DNA of 64,000 nucleotides from Elusimicrobiota bacterium (GTDB taxonomy: Bacteria > Elusimicrobiota > Elusimicrobia > F11). The notes under the pieces were generated by a model. It saw only the letters and a program-made list of their open reading frames with translations, was not told the origin of the DNA and did not search any database. The translations under genes and the position numbers were made by a program. Shown piece by piece: positions 28,492 to 37,906 of the stretch (position 1 is its first letter; every line of letters begins with the position of its first letter). The stretch spans positions 128,001 through 192,000 of the forward strand of contig JBGAON010000001.1 of the NCBI GenBank assembly GCA_044221725.1. The letters run 5' to 3'.

Positions 28492-29979
28492 ATGAGTGAC
28501 GGTTTAATTATTCCACGGGTGATGAGCACCCAACATCCGGACAACGCGCACGCGCCTTTTTTCTCACAAGGTCCGCAGCTTGGCGGCGAAGAGGAAGTCA
28601 AAGAGGCGTTTTATGTCTATGACTCGCTGGGTTGCGATGAGCAAATGTGGGACCACGAAGGAAAAGAAGTTGACGCCCATGTTGTTCCGAAACTACTAAG
28701 CCAACACAGCCAATTTTTTCGAAAGAAAAAACTCGGCAAAAAAGTTTTCTTGACGCTGCGCGTGCCGAACCCGGCGCGCGAACGCTCGTCGGCGAAAGGA
28801 TTGCTCGAGATTTTGGAAAGCATTCCGCGCTCCTACGACGTGGCGCGCCAATTCTACCGACAAGACATCGCGCCCATTTTCGAAATTATTTTGCCGATGA
28901 CGACGAACGCCACGGAGCTCAATCGAATTTGGAATTACTACCGCGACTATGTTTCCGGAAAGTCCGACCGTCCGGTGTTGCCCGGCGACATCACGTTTAA
29001 AGATTGGATTGGTGATTTTGCTCCGAAGACCATCAACGTAATCCCGTTGATCGAAGACAAGCCATCGCTGATCGCATCCGACCGCATCGTTGAGGATTTC
29101 ATTGCAGGTAAGGAGATTTCCCATCAGCGCGTATTTTTGGCGCGCTCCGACCCAGCGATGACGTACGGTTCGACCAGCGCCGTTCTGTTGATAAAACTTG
29201 CGTTGCACAAACTGCATCAGCTGGAAGTCCGTCGAGGGATCCCGATTTATCCCATTGTTGGACTTGGGTCGGCTCCTTTCCGCGGAAACTTCAAGCCCAC
29301 CAACGCAAAAAGCCGTCTGGCTGGTTATCCGTCCGTTCAAACGTTCACGGTTCAGTCCGCGTTCAAATTCGATTATCCCGAAGAGCTCGTGCGCAAAGCA
29401 ATTTCCACGATTAAAAAAGCGCGGCGTCGTGCGCCGGTACCGATTGAGAACGAGGAAGAATTCGTCGGTCTCATAGACAAGATCTCGGCCACGTATGCAC
29501 GGCAGGTCGAAAAACTTAACTCGCACATCAATACCATGGCGAAGTTCGTTCCGCCGCGTCGCAAACGAAAATTGCACACGGGCCTCTTTGGCTACACGCG
29601 CGCTGTGGCCGGTAAGCGTTTACCGCGGGCCATCAGTTTCTGCTCCTCGCTTTATTCATGGGGCCTTCCACCCGAATTGCTCGGGCTCGCCGATCTAAAG
29701 CCGTCGGACTTGAAACATGTTGTGGAACACTACCCCAACTTCTACAGTGATTTGGGCGAGGCCATGGTGTACTACGACCCGCAGTGCCTGTCCATGTTGC
29801 CGCCAAAAGTGGCTGATGAAATTCGCCACACGGTACGTATCTTAAAGATGGACGTTCAATCGGACCTTATTCATCAGTCGCTCACGCGCGCGATGCGGAA
29901 CTTGTTGGCGAAGAATCACACCGATACGTTGACAGACCTCGTGACACAAGCCGCACGGGAGCGCCGCTTCCTCGGCTGA
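28492..29979 (+). CDS. ppcA: Archaeal-type phosphoenolpyruvate carboxylase
   Basis: IPRVMSTQHPDN, RVFLARSDPA, GSAPFRG, RKRKLH.GLFGY, LPRAI, RRFLG; 495 aa. Confidence 0.92.
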   Translation: MSDGLIIPRVMSTQHPDNAHAPFFSQGPQLGGEEEVKEAFYVYDSLGCDEQMWDHEGKEVDAHVVPKLLSQHSQFFRKKKLGKKVFLTLRVPNPARERSSAKGLLEILESIPRSYDVARQFYRQDIAPIFEIILPMTTNATELNRIWNYYRDYVSGKSDRPVLPGDITFKDWIGDFAPKTINVIPLIEDKPSLIASDRIVEDFIAGKEISHQRVFLARSDPAMTYGSTSAVLLIKLALHKLHQLEVRRGIPIYPIVGLGSAPFRGNFKPTNAKSRLAGYPSVQTFTVQSAFKFDYPEELVRKAISTIKKARRRAPVPIENEEEFVGLIDKISATYARQVEKLNSHINTMAKFVPPRRKRKLHTGLFGYTRAVAGKRLPRAISFCSSLYSWGLPPELLGLADLKPSDLKHVVEHYPNFYSDLGEAMVYYDPQCLSMLPPKVADEIRHTVRILKMDVQSDLIHQSLTRAMRNLLAKNHTDTLTDLVTQAARERRFLG

Positions 29980-30233
29980 TGCCGGATGTTGATTTATCGC
30001 AGCAGATCCCGCCGAACGCACGTTGGCTTAAGATCCGTTACGAAATGAAACCGCTCAAGGAAGGGGCCAATCTTATTGCTAGGATTTGGTCGGGCAAGCT
30101 GGACGATGCTGTTGTGATCAGCGGCGCAAGCGGCGACGTGTTTGTGCGTCTCGATGCACCGCAAAAAGTATCGTACCAACGGCCCGTAAACATCGATTTG
30201 AAATTAAAAGTTGTCGCGTACAAGGTCGTTTAA
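29979..30233 (+). CDS. Hypothetical protein (84 aa)
   Basis: TGATG coupling to ppcA. Confidence 0.6.
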   Translation: MPDVDLSQQIPPNARWLKIRYEMKPLKEGANLIARIWSGKLDDAVVISGASGDVFVRLDAPQKVSYQRPVNIDLKLKVVAYKVV

Positions 30234-30236
30234 GTC

Positions 30237-30317
30237 GTCGTCCTGGCCTGCTTTCAGCCAGGATCCAATTTAACTGAAGATTAAAATGGGCCCTGGATAG
30301 AAACGTTCCAGGGCGAC
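30237..30317. repeat. REP-like palindromic repeat, copy 4
   Basis: GTCGTCCTGG...CCAGGATCCA...TGGGCCCTGGATAGAAACGTTCCAGGGCGAC. Confidence 0.85.
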
Positions 30318-30334
30318 GAGATCAGGAGGATGTG

Positions 30335-30511
30335 ATGTTGCCGAACATAGGAATGGGAGAATTGTTAATCATATTGGTGATCGTTTTGGTGCTGTTCGGA
30401 GCGAACCGCGTGCCGGACGTGGCGCGCAGCTTGGGCAAATCAATTAAGGCATTCAAAGATGGACTCAAAGAAGGAATGGAAGATACCGACGATAAGTTAG
30501 AGAAGAAATAA
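30335..30511 (+). CDS. tatA: Twin-arginine translocase TatA/E (58 aa, not in ORF track)
   Basis: [51 protein letters not shown]. Confidence 0.93.
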   Translation: MLPNIGMGELLIILVIVLVLFGANRVPDVARSLGKSIKAFKDGLKEGMEDTDDKLEKK

Positions 30512-31503
30512 TGCAGATCGGAATAATAGGCCTCGGGCGCATGGGCATGAACATGGCCCGTCGATTAATGGCCGCGAAACACGATGTCGTTGTTTATAAC
30601 CGCACCGCGGCAAAAGTGGAAGAAATGGTTAAAGAAGGGGCGGTCGGCACAACGACGCTGTCGGAATTCGTAAAGAAGTTGGCCGGGCCGCGAGTGGTTT
30701 GGTTGATGTTGCCCACCGGAGACGTTCTTGAAGACCACATCGAACAACTTTCCAAGCTTCTCTCGAAGGACGACCTCATCATCGATGGCGGCAACAGTTA
30801 CTACAAAGATGACATTCGCCATGCCGAACACCTGAAAAAATTTGGAATTAAATATCTCGACGCCGGCGTTTCCGGCGGAATTTGGGGACTCAAACTTGGT
30901 TACTGCACAATGGTTGGCGGAGACGCAGCAGACTTTAAACGCATTGAGCCATTGCTGAAAGATTTGTCTCCGAAAGATGGTTACTTGTATTGCGGCGGTA
31001 CCGGTGCGGGTCACTTTGTGAAAATGGTGCACAACGGCATTGAATACGGCATGATGCAAGCGTACGGCGAAGGTTTCGAAATTTTGCAGGCGTCCCCGTA
31101 CAAACCTGACGCGGCAAAAGTAGCGAAACTTTGGAATCAAGGAAGTGTGGTTCGTTCCTGGTTGTTGGAACTGGCCGCCGAAGCGCTTTCGAAAGATTCT
31201 CAACTCTCCGGCGTGGCGGGTTACGTTGAAGATTCGGGTGAAGGTCGGTGGACGGTCCAACAAGCGGTGGAGTCCGGTGTCGCCGCGCCTGTCATCACGC
31301 TGTCGTTGTACCAACGTTTTTTGTCGCGGCAGAAAGATTCGTTCTCGAACAAAGTTCTCGCGGCGCTGCGTGCGCAATTCGGCGGTCATGCCGTTTTGAA
31401 AGACGCTGACGCAAAGCGCACATCGACGGCCGGCGCGGGTGGAATGACCGCGGCTACAGCGCAAGCGGGAGTCAACCCCGCGGGTTTCGACAATAAGAAA
31501 TGA
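30511..31503 (+). CDS. gnd: 6-phosphogluconate dehydrogenase (short type)
   Basis: [25 protein letters not shown]. Confidence 0.95.
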   Translation: MQIGIIGLGRMGMNMARRLMAAKHDVVVYNRTAAKVEEMVKEGAVGTTTLSEFVKKLAGPRVVWLMLPTGDVLEDHIEQLSKLLSKDDLIIDGGNSYYKDDIRHAEHLKKFGIKYLDAGVSGGIWGLKLGYCTMVGGDAADFKRIEPLLKDLSPKDGYLYCGGTGAGHFVKMVHNGIEYGMMQAYGEGFEILQASPYKPDAAKVAKLWNQGSVVRSWLLELAAEALSKDSQLSGVAGYVEDSGEGRWTVQQAVESGVAAPVITLSLYQRFLSRQKDSFSNKVLAALRAQFGGHAVLKDADAKRTSTAGAGGMTAATAQAGVNPAGFDNKK

Positions 31504-33038
31504 CCCCATCGCTGCAGCTTTCGAACGTTGTCACCAAAGAGCAACTTTGTGTGATGGACGAGAAATCCGAAAGCTGCGCGATCATTATTTTTGGTGCCTC
31601 GGGTGATCTGACTCACCGTAAGCTTCTCCCTTCTCTCTATTACCTTTTCGTTGAGAAGCATCTTCCGAAAAATTTCTACATCCTCGGCGTCGCGCGCACC
31701 GAAATGTCGAACGATCAATTCCGTGCGAGAATTAGGGCGAACCTGCCTTCTTTGAATGGTGCTTCGCAGCTGGACGAATTTTTGGACCGATTGTTTTATC
31801 GGGCTGGGGATTATGATGCGCCTGAAGTGTATCGCTCGTTGCGCGACACGCTACGCCAGCTCGACCAAAAATTTCAAGTCGGTCCACGCCGGATTTTTTA
31901 TTTATCGACGCCGCCGACATTGTACGCTCCGGTGATCAATCAGCTGGGTCGTTCGGACCTTGCGTACGCAAACTTGAACGATCCAAAAAGCTGGGTGCGC
32001 GTGATTATCGAAAAGCCCTTCGGGCATTCGATCGAATCGGCGCAGGCGCTCAATTCAGAAATCACCAAGATTCTGCACGAAGAACAGATTTACCGTATCG
32101 ATCATTATTTGGCGAAAGAAACCGTGCAGAACATCCTGATGTTTCGGTTTGCAAATCTTATTTTCGAACCGGTATGGAACCGCAATTTCATTGATCACGT
32201 ACAGATAACCGCCGCCGAACAGTTGGGCGTGGAACACCGCGCAGGTTATTATGAACAGGCCGGCGTTCTGCGCGACATGTTTCAAAATCACTTGCTGCAA
32301 CTTTTAGCGCTCATCGCGATGGAGCCTCCGGTTGACCTGAGTGCCGAAGCCGTTCGCGGAAACCGAAACGACGTGTTGCACGCGATCCGGTGTTTTAAAG
32401 AATCGGATATTCCGTCCTATTCCGTGGTGGGCCAATACGCGAAAGGCACGAGCGAAGAGGGGCCTGTGCCCGGATACCGCGAAGAAAAAGGAGTCAATCC
32501 AGACTCGCGAATTGCCACGTACGCGGCCGTGCGGTTCGAAATCGACAATTGGCGTTGGCAAGGTGTGCCGTTTTTGGTGCGGTCGGGTAAGCGATTAGCG
32601 GAACGGGAAGTTCACATTGCCGTGCACTTCAAATCGGTGCCCACGTCCATTTTTAAGCCCCTTACGGTGGACCAACTATCACCCAACATTCTCACGTTTC
32701 GGATCCAACCCGACGAGGGAATTTCAATGGAATTTGAGGCCAAGAAGCCCGGGCCAAAGCTTTGCATCAGTACGGTGCGCATGAATTTTGGCTACCAAGA
32801 GACGTTCAAAACAACCCCTCCGGAGTCTTACGCCCGATTGTTCCTCGATGCCATGCTCGGAGATCAAACTCTTTTTGCGCGCAGCGATAGTGTTGAGCAA
32901 TCGTGGCGAGTTATCGATCCGATTGTTCGCTACTGGGAAACAAAAACCGATATTCCAATTCCACAATATCCCGCCGGCACCTGGGGCCCCGCTCAGAGCA
33001 ATAGCCTGTTGGCGCAATGCGGGCGGGCCTGGGACTAA
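31500..33038 (+). CDS. zwf: Glucose-6-phosphate dehydrogenase
   Basis: [20 protein letters not shown]. Confidence 0.96.
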   Translation: MTPSLQLSNVVTKEQLCVMDEKSESCAIIIFGASGDLTHRKLLPSLYYLFVEKHLPKNFYILGVARTEMSNDQFRARIRANLPSLNGASQLDEFLDRLFYRAGDYDAPEVYRSLRDTLRQLDQKFQVGPRRIFYLSTPPTLYAPVINQLGRSDLAYANLNDPKSWVRVIIEKPFGHSIESAQALNSEITKILHEEQIYRIDHYLAKETVQNILMFRFANLIFEPVWNRNFIDHVQITAAEQLGVEHRAGYYEQAGVLRDMFQNHLLQLLALIAMEPPVDLSAEAVRGNRNDVLHAIRCFKESDIPSYSVVGQYAKGTSEEGPVPGYREEKGVNPDSRIATYAAVRFEIDNWRWQGVPFLVRSGKRLAEREVHIAVHFKSVPTSIFKPLTVDQLSPNILTFRIQPDEGISMEFEAKKPGPKLCISTVRMNFGYQETFKTTPPESYARLFLDAMLGDQTLFARSDSVEQSWRVIDPIVRYWETKTDIPIPQYPAGTWGPAQSNSLLAQCGRAWD

Positions 33039-33147
33039 GGCCTCATTTTTTCGCTGTAAATTCAATCTGATTTTGTCGTTTGTTGGTCTGCCCGTTGCAT
33101 ATATCACCTATGCAGGGAACCTATTTTCTAACCAAATGGGGAACACG

Positions 33148-35712
33148 ATGAAAAACGCGAGATATATATATAGGAAGAACCTCAAAGGTATGTCGGTCGT
33201 CGAATTGGTCATGGCGATCTTCGTTTTGACGATTGTGCTCGCCGGATCAATCGCTGTTCTTCAAAAAATGTCCCTTGCCACCATTGTCCATTCGGACCGC
33301 AGCCGTGTAAATTCTTTGATTGAGCAAATGCACATTCAATTGCGAAAAAGCAATTTTTATACGTTGCCGGCCAATGTTCAGATTCCAGGTCCAACAGCAA
33401 TTAACAACCGGTTTGCGGTGTCGGCGACGGTTTCGCCGATTTTGCCGAACAACACCCGGCAGGCCATCATCACGGTTTTGTGGAAAGATCGCGGCCAGGT
33501 TCTAACCAAAGACACGGCTGTGACGCTCGCAGATGAAGGTGCGAGCAACCAACAGACCGGAAGCCTTTACGCGGAAGCAATCGAAGACAACGTGGCCAGC
33601 ACCCCTATCGAAGGCTATTTGTTTGTCGCGGTGCCGGTGGACGATCCTCAATACCGCTCGCAGTACCGCTCGTACGCGCTCACGGACGCAAACGGTCGCG
33701 CGACATTTAACCAGTTAAAAATCGGGAAATGGTTCATTTATCCGCTGGGTCGGCCCGGTGACATTCTGAAAAATTACACGGGGCCTCAACCCTATCGTGA
33801 CTTGACCGCTAATCCGTTGTCGGCATCGGAAGTTGCGTATCCGGCGTTGGTTCGACGCTTTGATTATGATTTTGCGGACGAGCCTTATGGCGATCAGTTT
33901 AAGACGAGCTGGTTTAAGCGATCCAATGCGGCGCAATCCACTGAGATTCCAAACTCTGGTACGTTCCCGTATACGGCAAATATTTTTGACGTCAAAAAGG
34001 ACGAAGTCACAAATAACTTTACGAGCGGCTGGAATCTGAATAACAACGGAGAAGGAACGTTGCGTTTCCGAGTAAAGCGCGCAGGAAATATTGTTGGTCA
34101 AGTGCGCATGACCGTTTCGTCTGCTGGCCCCAATTTCCTTGTGACGGGCGCAGGCCTTCCGAACGTTACGGTGAATGCTGACTTGATCCCGAATGATCTC
34201 ATTCGTGTGCCGCGCGTAAATGTTGGAGACAACTTTTTTTATCTTGGCGAAGTGACTTATTTAAGTAGGAATTATTACGGCAATATGTTCGGTGTCAACG
34301 GGCCGCAGCAATACACGATGCCGTTTGCAATGACCAACCTGAACAACGTCGGCGGCCCACTTCGAAAAATGCAAGCCGTGACGAATGGTGTCGGTCAGTT
34401 CTCACTGATTGCGGCGCAGGGAAATTTGGCTGTGGCCAGTGGCTATGGCACGAATCTGTATAAGCCGTCGGTGAATGGGCCGGTTAATCTTTCTCTCGAC
34501 AACACGCCCCCGGGAACCTATATCGACGGAATCGTCCTTGTTGAAGGCGCCGGTGGAGCGGACAATTACTTGAAACAAATCGGCGCAAACTTTTCCGATA
34601 CGCTCAGCTCAGCGCGTTCGGACACCACCGAGACGTTCGACTACAATTTGGTTCCCGTCTCAGCGCTCGGGAAAATCAAAGCTTTCAACGGAGATAATAT
34701 TCCGTTCGAAATGGCATACGTCGCGTACGATGGCACAACCGTGTTGAGCAAAACGCAGGACAGTGCGGAAGTTGGTGGAAACCACGTCGCGACGTCGACT
34801 CAGGACGCAATCCCAAGCGCATCGCAAACCGACTATAAGAAAGTGGCTTTCACTCCGTTAGCGAACGGAGGCCCTCACCAAGATTTTGATGTGCTGGGTC
34901 AAATAATTGAAGTGTTTCCGGACGGCACATCATCGGATACGTCTGGACAGGTAACATTTGAGGAGAACACTGCGCCCAACGGTCCATTGGTCGGGGGTGG
35001 CAGCTACACCGGAAGCTTCCTGACCGGTGTGAATGCTCAAGCCAAATTCGGTACCGTCTATAAAACGGATTGCATAATTAAGCCGTTTCAGGAAACCCCG
35101 ATTAATTTCGGCCCTTTTCCGCCGGGCGGCCCGAATGCGCGCGGCCTGTTCACGAAGGGCCCGAACTACGTCAAGTTTCCAGATGGCCCCGAATCGGTGG
35201 TTGCGAAGGGTCCGGACTGGGGATTCGCAAATATCGTCAAGTTTTATCGAAAGCTTGTGCCATCTCCATTTTCAGTGCAAGTTGTGGATATGAGTGTTAC
35301 GCCAAACGCACCCGTCCAAGGGGTTCAAGTCTCTTTTAGTCCGTTCGCATGGGGCAATAACCCCACTCTGACGACCGACGTGAACGGAATCGTTGATAAT
35401 TCGAGTGGGCAAATCTTTTTCATCGTGACGAGCCCGACGGCGGCCTATGACTTGATTGCACAGGTATCTGAAACTGGAGGGGCGTGCTACAAAGGCAGCA
35501 AAAGTATCAAGTTTGATCGGACGGATTTGATGTCCAACGTATTTAACCCCGACACGGTGGTGATGGGCGTTCAGCCGTCGAACTGTGGAACAGGAACAAA
35601 CACAAATACCAATACGAACACCAATACGAACACGAATACCAATACGAACACAAACACGAACACAAACACGAATACCAATACCAACACAAACAATAACGGA
35701 TTCCCGGGATGA
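33148..35712 (+). CDS. Very large prepilin-type protein (PilV-like) with (TN)16 tail
   Basis: KG|MSVVEL class III signal peptide; real start near 33148, since the track ORF overlaps zwf. Confidence 0.8.
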   Translation: MKNARYIYRKNLKGMSVVELVMAIFVLTIVLAGSIAVLQKMSLATIVHSDRSRVNSLIEQMHIQLRKSNFYTLPANVQIPGPTAINNRFAVSATVSPILPNNTRQAIITVLWKDRGQVLTKDTAVTLADEGASNQQTGSLYAEAIEDNVASTPIEGYLFVAVPVDDPQYRSQYRSYALTDANGRATFNQLKIGKWFIYPLGRPGDILKNYTGPQPYRDLTANPLSASEVAYPALVRRFDYDFADEPYGDQFKTSWFKRSNAAQSTEIPNSGTFPYTANIFDVKKDEVTNNFTSGWNLNNNGEGTLRFRVKRAGNIVGQVRMTVSSAGPNFLVTGAGLPNVTVNADLIPNDLIRVPRVNVGDNFFYLGEVTYLSRNYYGNMFGVNGPQQYTMPFAMTNLNNVGGPLRKMQAVTNGVGQFSLIAAQGNLAVASGYGTNLYKPSVNGPVNLSLDNTPPGTYIDGIVLVEGAGGADNYLKQIGANFSDTLSSARSDTTETFDYNLVPVSALGKIKAFNGDNIPFEMAYVAYDGTTVLSKTQDSAEVGGNHVATSTQDAIPSASQTDYKKVAFTPLANGGPHQDFDVLGQIIEVFPDGTSSDTSGQVTFEENTAPNGPLVGGGSYTGSFLTGVNAQAKFGTVYKTDCIIKPFQETPINFGPFPPGGPNARGLFTKGPNYVKFPDGPESVVAKGPDWGFANIVKFYRKLVPSPFSVQVVDMSVTPNAPVQGVQVSFSPFAWGNNPTLTTDVNGIVDNSSGQIFFIVTSPTAAYDLIAQVSETGGACYKGSKSIKFDRTDLMSNVFNPDTVVMGVQPSNCGTGTNTNTNTNTNTNTNTNTNTNTNTNTNTNTNTNNNGFPG
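35596..35691 (+). repeat. (Thr-Asn)16 coding repeat
   Basis: 16 ACN-AAY units with varied synonymous codons. Confidence 0.95.
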
Positions 35713-36323
35713 AAAACCGCCGAGGGATGACTCTCGTCGAGATTATCATCACCGTCGCGCTTTTCCTCGTAGTTTCACTGATGGTTTACAGGTCGCTTGG
35801 ATTCATGCGCAACGTCATGTTTCAGCAGTCCCGCTTAACTCAGCTCGTGGCCCTCAATGAATTCAATTACGACCTCGCTCGAACAATACGAAGCGCTCGC
35901 CGTATTCGACCCAATGGAGTGACTTACAAATCGCTTGATCTCGAGCTCTACGATTACAAAAACAATCCTCCGGTCGAGCTTTCCAATCCGCTTCCAATTG
36001 TGAAAGTCATTTCGAAAGGCGCGGTTCAGAACTTCATTCGTGTGGTTTATCGATACGATGACACACAAAATCCTCCGGTGTTTGTTCGGGAGACGTATAA
36101 CCCCCCGACGGCCGCGCTGCCCTCGCAAACCGAAATCCTATTGAAGAATGTTGATCTTTTCCCGCCGCAGGACACGGCCGACGGCTTTTATTTCAAATCA
36201 AATTATCAGGTGGGAAACCTGCCTTCGGACGTTCTGATCGCCATTCGACTTAAATCGCCATTTTTTAAGACGATGTGGACGCCGGTGAACATCGAGGCGG
36301 CGGTGTATGGCCAAGGCATTTAA
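35709..36323 (+). CDS. Prepilin-type protein (PilW/PulJ-like)
   Basis: RRG|MTLVEII. Confidence 0.8.
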   Translation: MKNRRGMTLVEIIITVALFLVVSLMVYRSLGFMRNVMFQQSRLTQLVALNEFNYDLARTIRSARRIRPNGVTYKSLDLELYDYKNNPPVELSNPLPIVKVISKGAVQNFIRVVYRYDDTQNPPVFVRETYNPPTAALPSQTEILLKNVDLFPPQDTADGFYFKSNYQVGNLPSDVLIAIRLKSPFFKTMWTPVNIEAAVYGQGI

Positions 36324-37875
36324 GCGAGGCCACGAGCGGGGCAGTTATTTGGGGATGGTTTTTATTTTTGCAACCGCCCTTATCTTGTTTATCGCGATTA
36401 CGATGTCGATGCTCAATGTGAACGCGAGCCGCTCGAATGTCTTTGTTTGGCGGGATCGTTTGTACAAGATGGCCAACGAAGGTTACATCAAGTCGTTGGC
36501 GCAGATTGGCGTCGACCCGTCGCTGCAAGGTTTTGATAACGGCGTTCATGATTATCCTTCACCGGCTGACAAGTGGGGCCAGTATCAAACGTTTGCTGTC
36601 CGAGCCGAACAGATTCTCACGCAGTTTCCAAACCAATCTGCCGTATCAATTCCGCAGTTATCGAATTCTATTTATCTTGTCGTGAACTCATGGCTGACGG
36701 TCGCAAACGTGCCGGACCCGATCAATTGCCGGATTGCGATGTTTGTTAATGTCGCTGATGCGGCTCGCTATTTTGGCGCGTCTAAAATGACATGGATCAT
36801 TAGTCCCACCGCGAGCGCCGATAAGGTTGATTATTTTGGTCGGAACATAATCATTCGGTACGCCGATGGCCCACCGGCCTTTTTACCGAAAGCGCGTAAT
36901 ATTTTTTACACGCAATCGGCCATGATGATAAATGAAAACAATGCCATGACATCTTTGGCCTCGGGCGCGCTTACGAACAAATTTTCGACTACGGGGCCTT
37001 TCCCGCCGCTGAATTTACCGCCGCCGGCCGGTTTTGGGACGGTAACTCAGTTAACAGCCGATCCGGCATTCCCTCAGTTGGGACAGGCAAATCTCGGCCG
37101 TCTTCTTGGAATTGCAACAACCGGAGTACCGCTCGGTGGCGTTGATTCGTCTTTTTCTCCAGGCACTGGAGTCACGACCGTTTTCCCAGATGAAATTGTT
37201 GCGAAGGGATGGGGAAGTGGAGATCATATCTATCCGCCAGGATGTACCGACGCGGACTGCAGCAACCTCACCACAAACGATCAGTTCAGAAATCATGTTT
37301 ATTATGTGGACGGAGATTTACGCATTCGCGGGATCGTTCACGGCCAAGTCCTGTTTGTCGCAACGGGGAAAATTACGATTACCGGAGACTTGGTTTCTGA
37401 ATCTCTTGCGGGTGTTCCAACGGCATCTCCAGCAAGCGCCTATGACACTCCCGCCATAGCTTATCCCGGTTGTCCGTCGCCCTGTTACGCGGATCGTGCG
37501 CTCAATGTTGGCCGCGAGGAAGCGTCGGTCGCCCATCAGGCGGTTCTTATGACGCCCTCGGCCATGGGTGTGTCTATCGATAACCAAAATATTGATGCCG
37601 CGGCTCAAAGCATTTATCTGCCAAACGATGTTTTAAATCTTGAAGCTCTTATTGTTGCTCCGAACGGCGGTGTTTCTGTTGTGAATGGAACTCCTGCAGG
37701 CCCTTCTCTCAAATGGATGTTCAAAGGAGCATTAATCTTAGGAGCGGCCGCTGACACGAAAGGGAAAATCACGCCGTTCCAACCATCCGAGTATATGGCC
37801 TCGCTTGCCGTACGTCCTCCCCCCTATGTTCCTTGCTTCACACAGCTCGTCTTTTGGAAAGAAGAATACTACTGA
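36307..37875 (+). CDS. PilX/PulK-like protein
   Basis: ERG|SYL hydrophobic N-terminus lacking E5; YYVDGDLRIRG; C-terminal WKE. Confidence 0.65.
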   Translation: MAKAFKRGHERGSYLGMVFIFATALILFIAITMSMLNVNASRSNVFVWRDRLYKMANEGYIKSLAQIGVDPSLQGFDNGVHDYPSPADKWGQYQTFAVRAEQILTQFPNQSAVSIPQLSNSIYLVVNSWLTVANVPDPINCRIAMFVNVADAARYFGASKMTWIISPTASADKVDYFGRNIIIRYADGPPAFLPKARNIFYTQSAMMINENNAMTSLASGALTNKFSTTGPFPPLNLPPPAGFGTVTQLTADPAFPQLGQANLGRLLGIATTGVPLGGVDSSFSPGTGVTTVFPDEIVAKGWGSGDHIYPPGCTDADCSNLTTNDQFRNHVYYVDGDLRIRGIVHGQVLFVATGKITITGDLVSESLAGVPTASPASAYDTPAIAYPGCPSPCYADRALNVGREEASVAHQAVLMTPSAMGVSIDNQNIDAAAQSIYLPNDVLNLEALIVAPNGGVSVVNGTPAGPSLKWMFKGALILGAAADTKGKITPFQPSEYMASLAVRPPPYVPCFTQLVFWKEEYY

Positions 37876-37906
37876 TATCTGCTCCTTTTCCTGCCACGCT
37901 TGAGGC

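Noticed and set aside
32788..33147. N-terminal 120 aa of the 974-aa ORF
   Set aside because: It overlaps zwf; the prepilin signal places the start near 33148.
35596..35691. (TN)16 as a phase-variable microsatellite or N-glycosylation array
   Set aside because: The codons are heterogeneous, the 6-nt unit keeps the frame, and N-T-N is not an N-X-S/T sequon.
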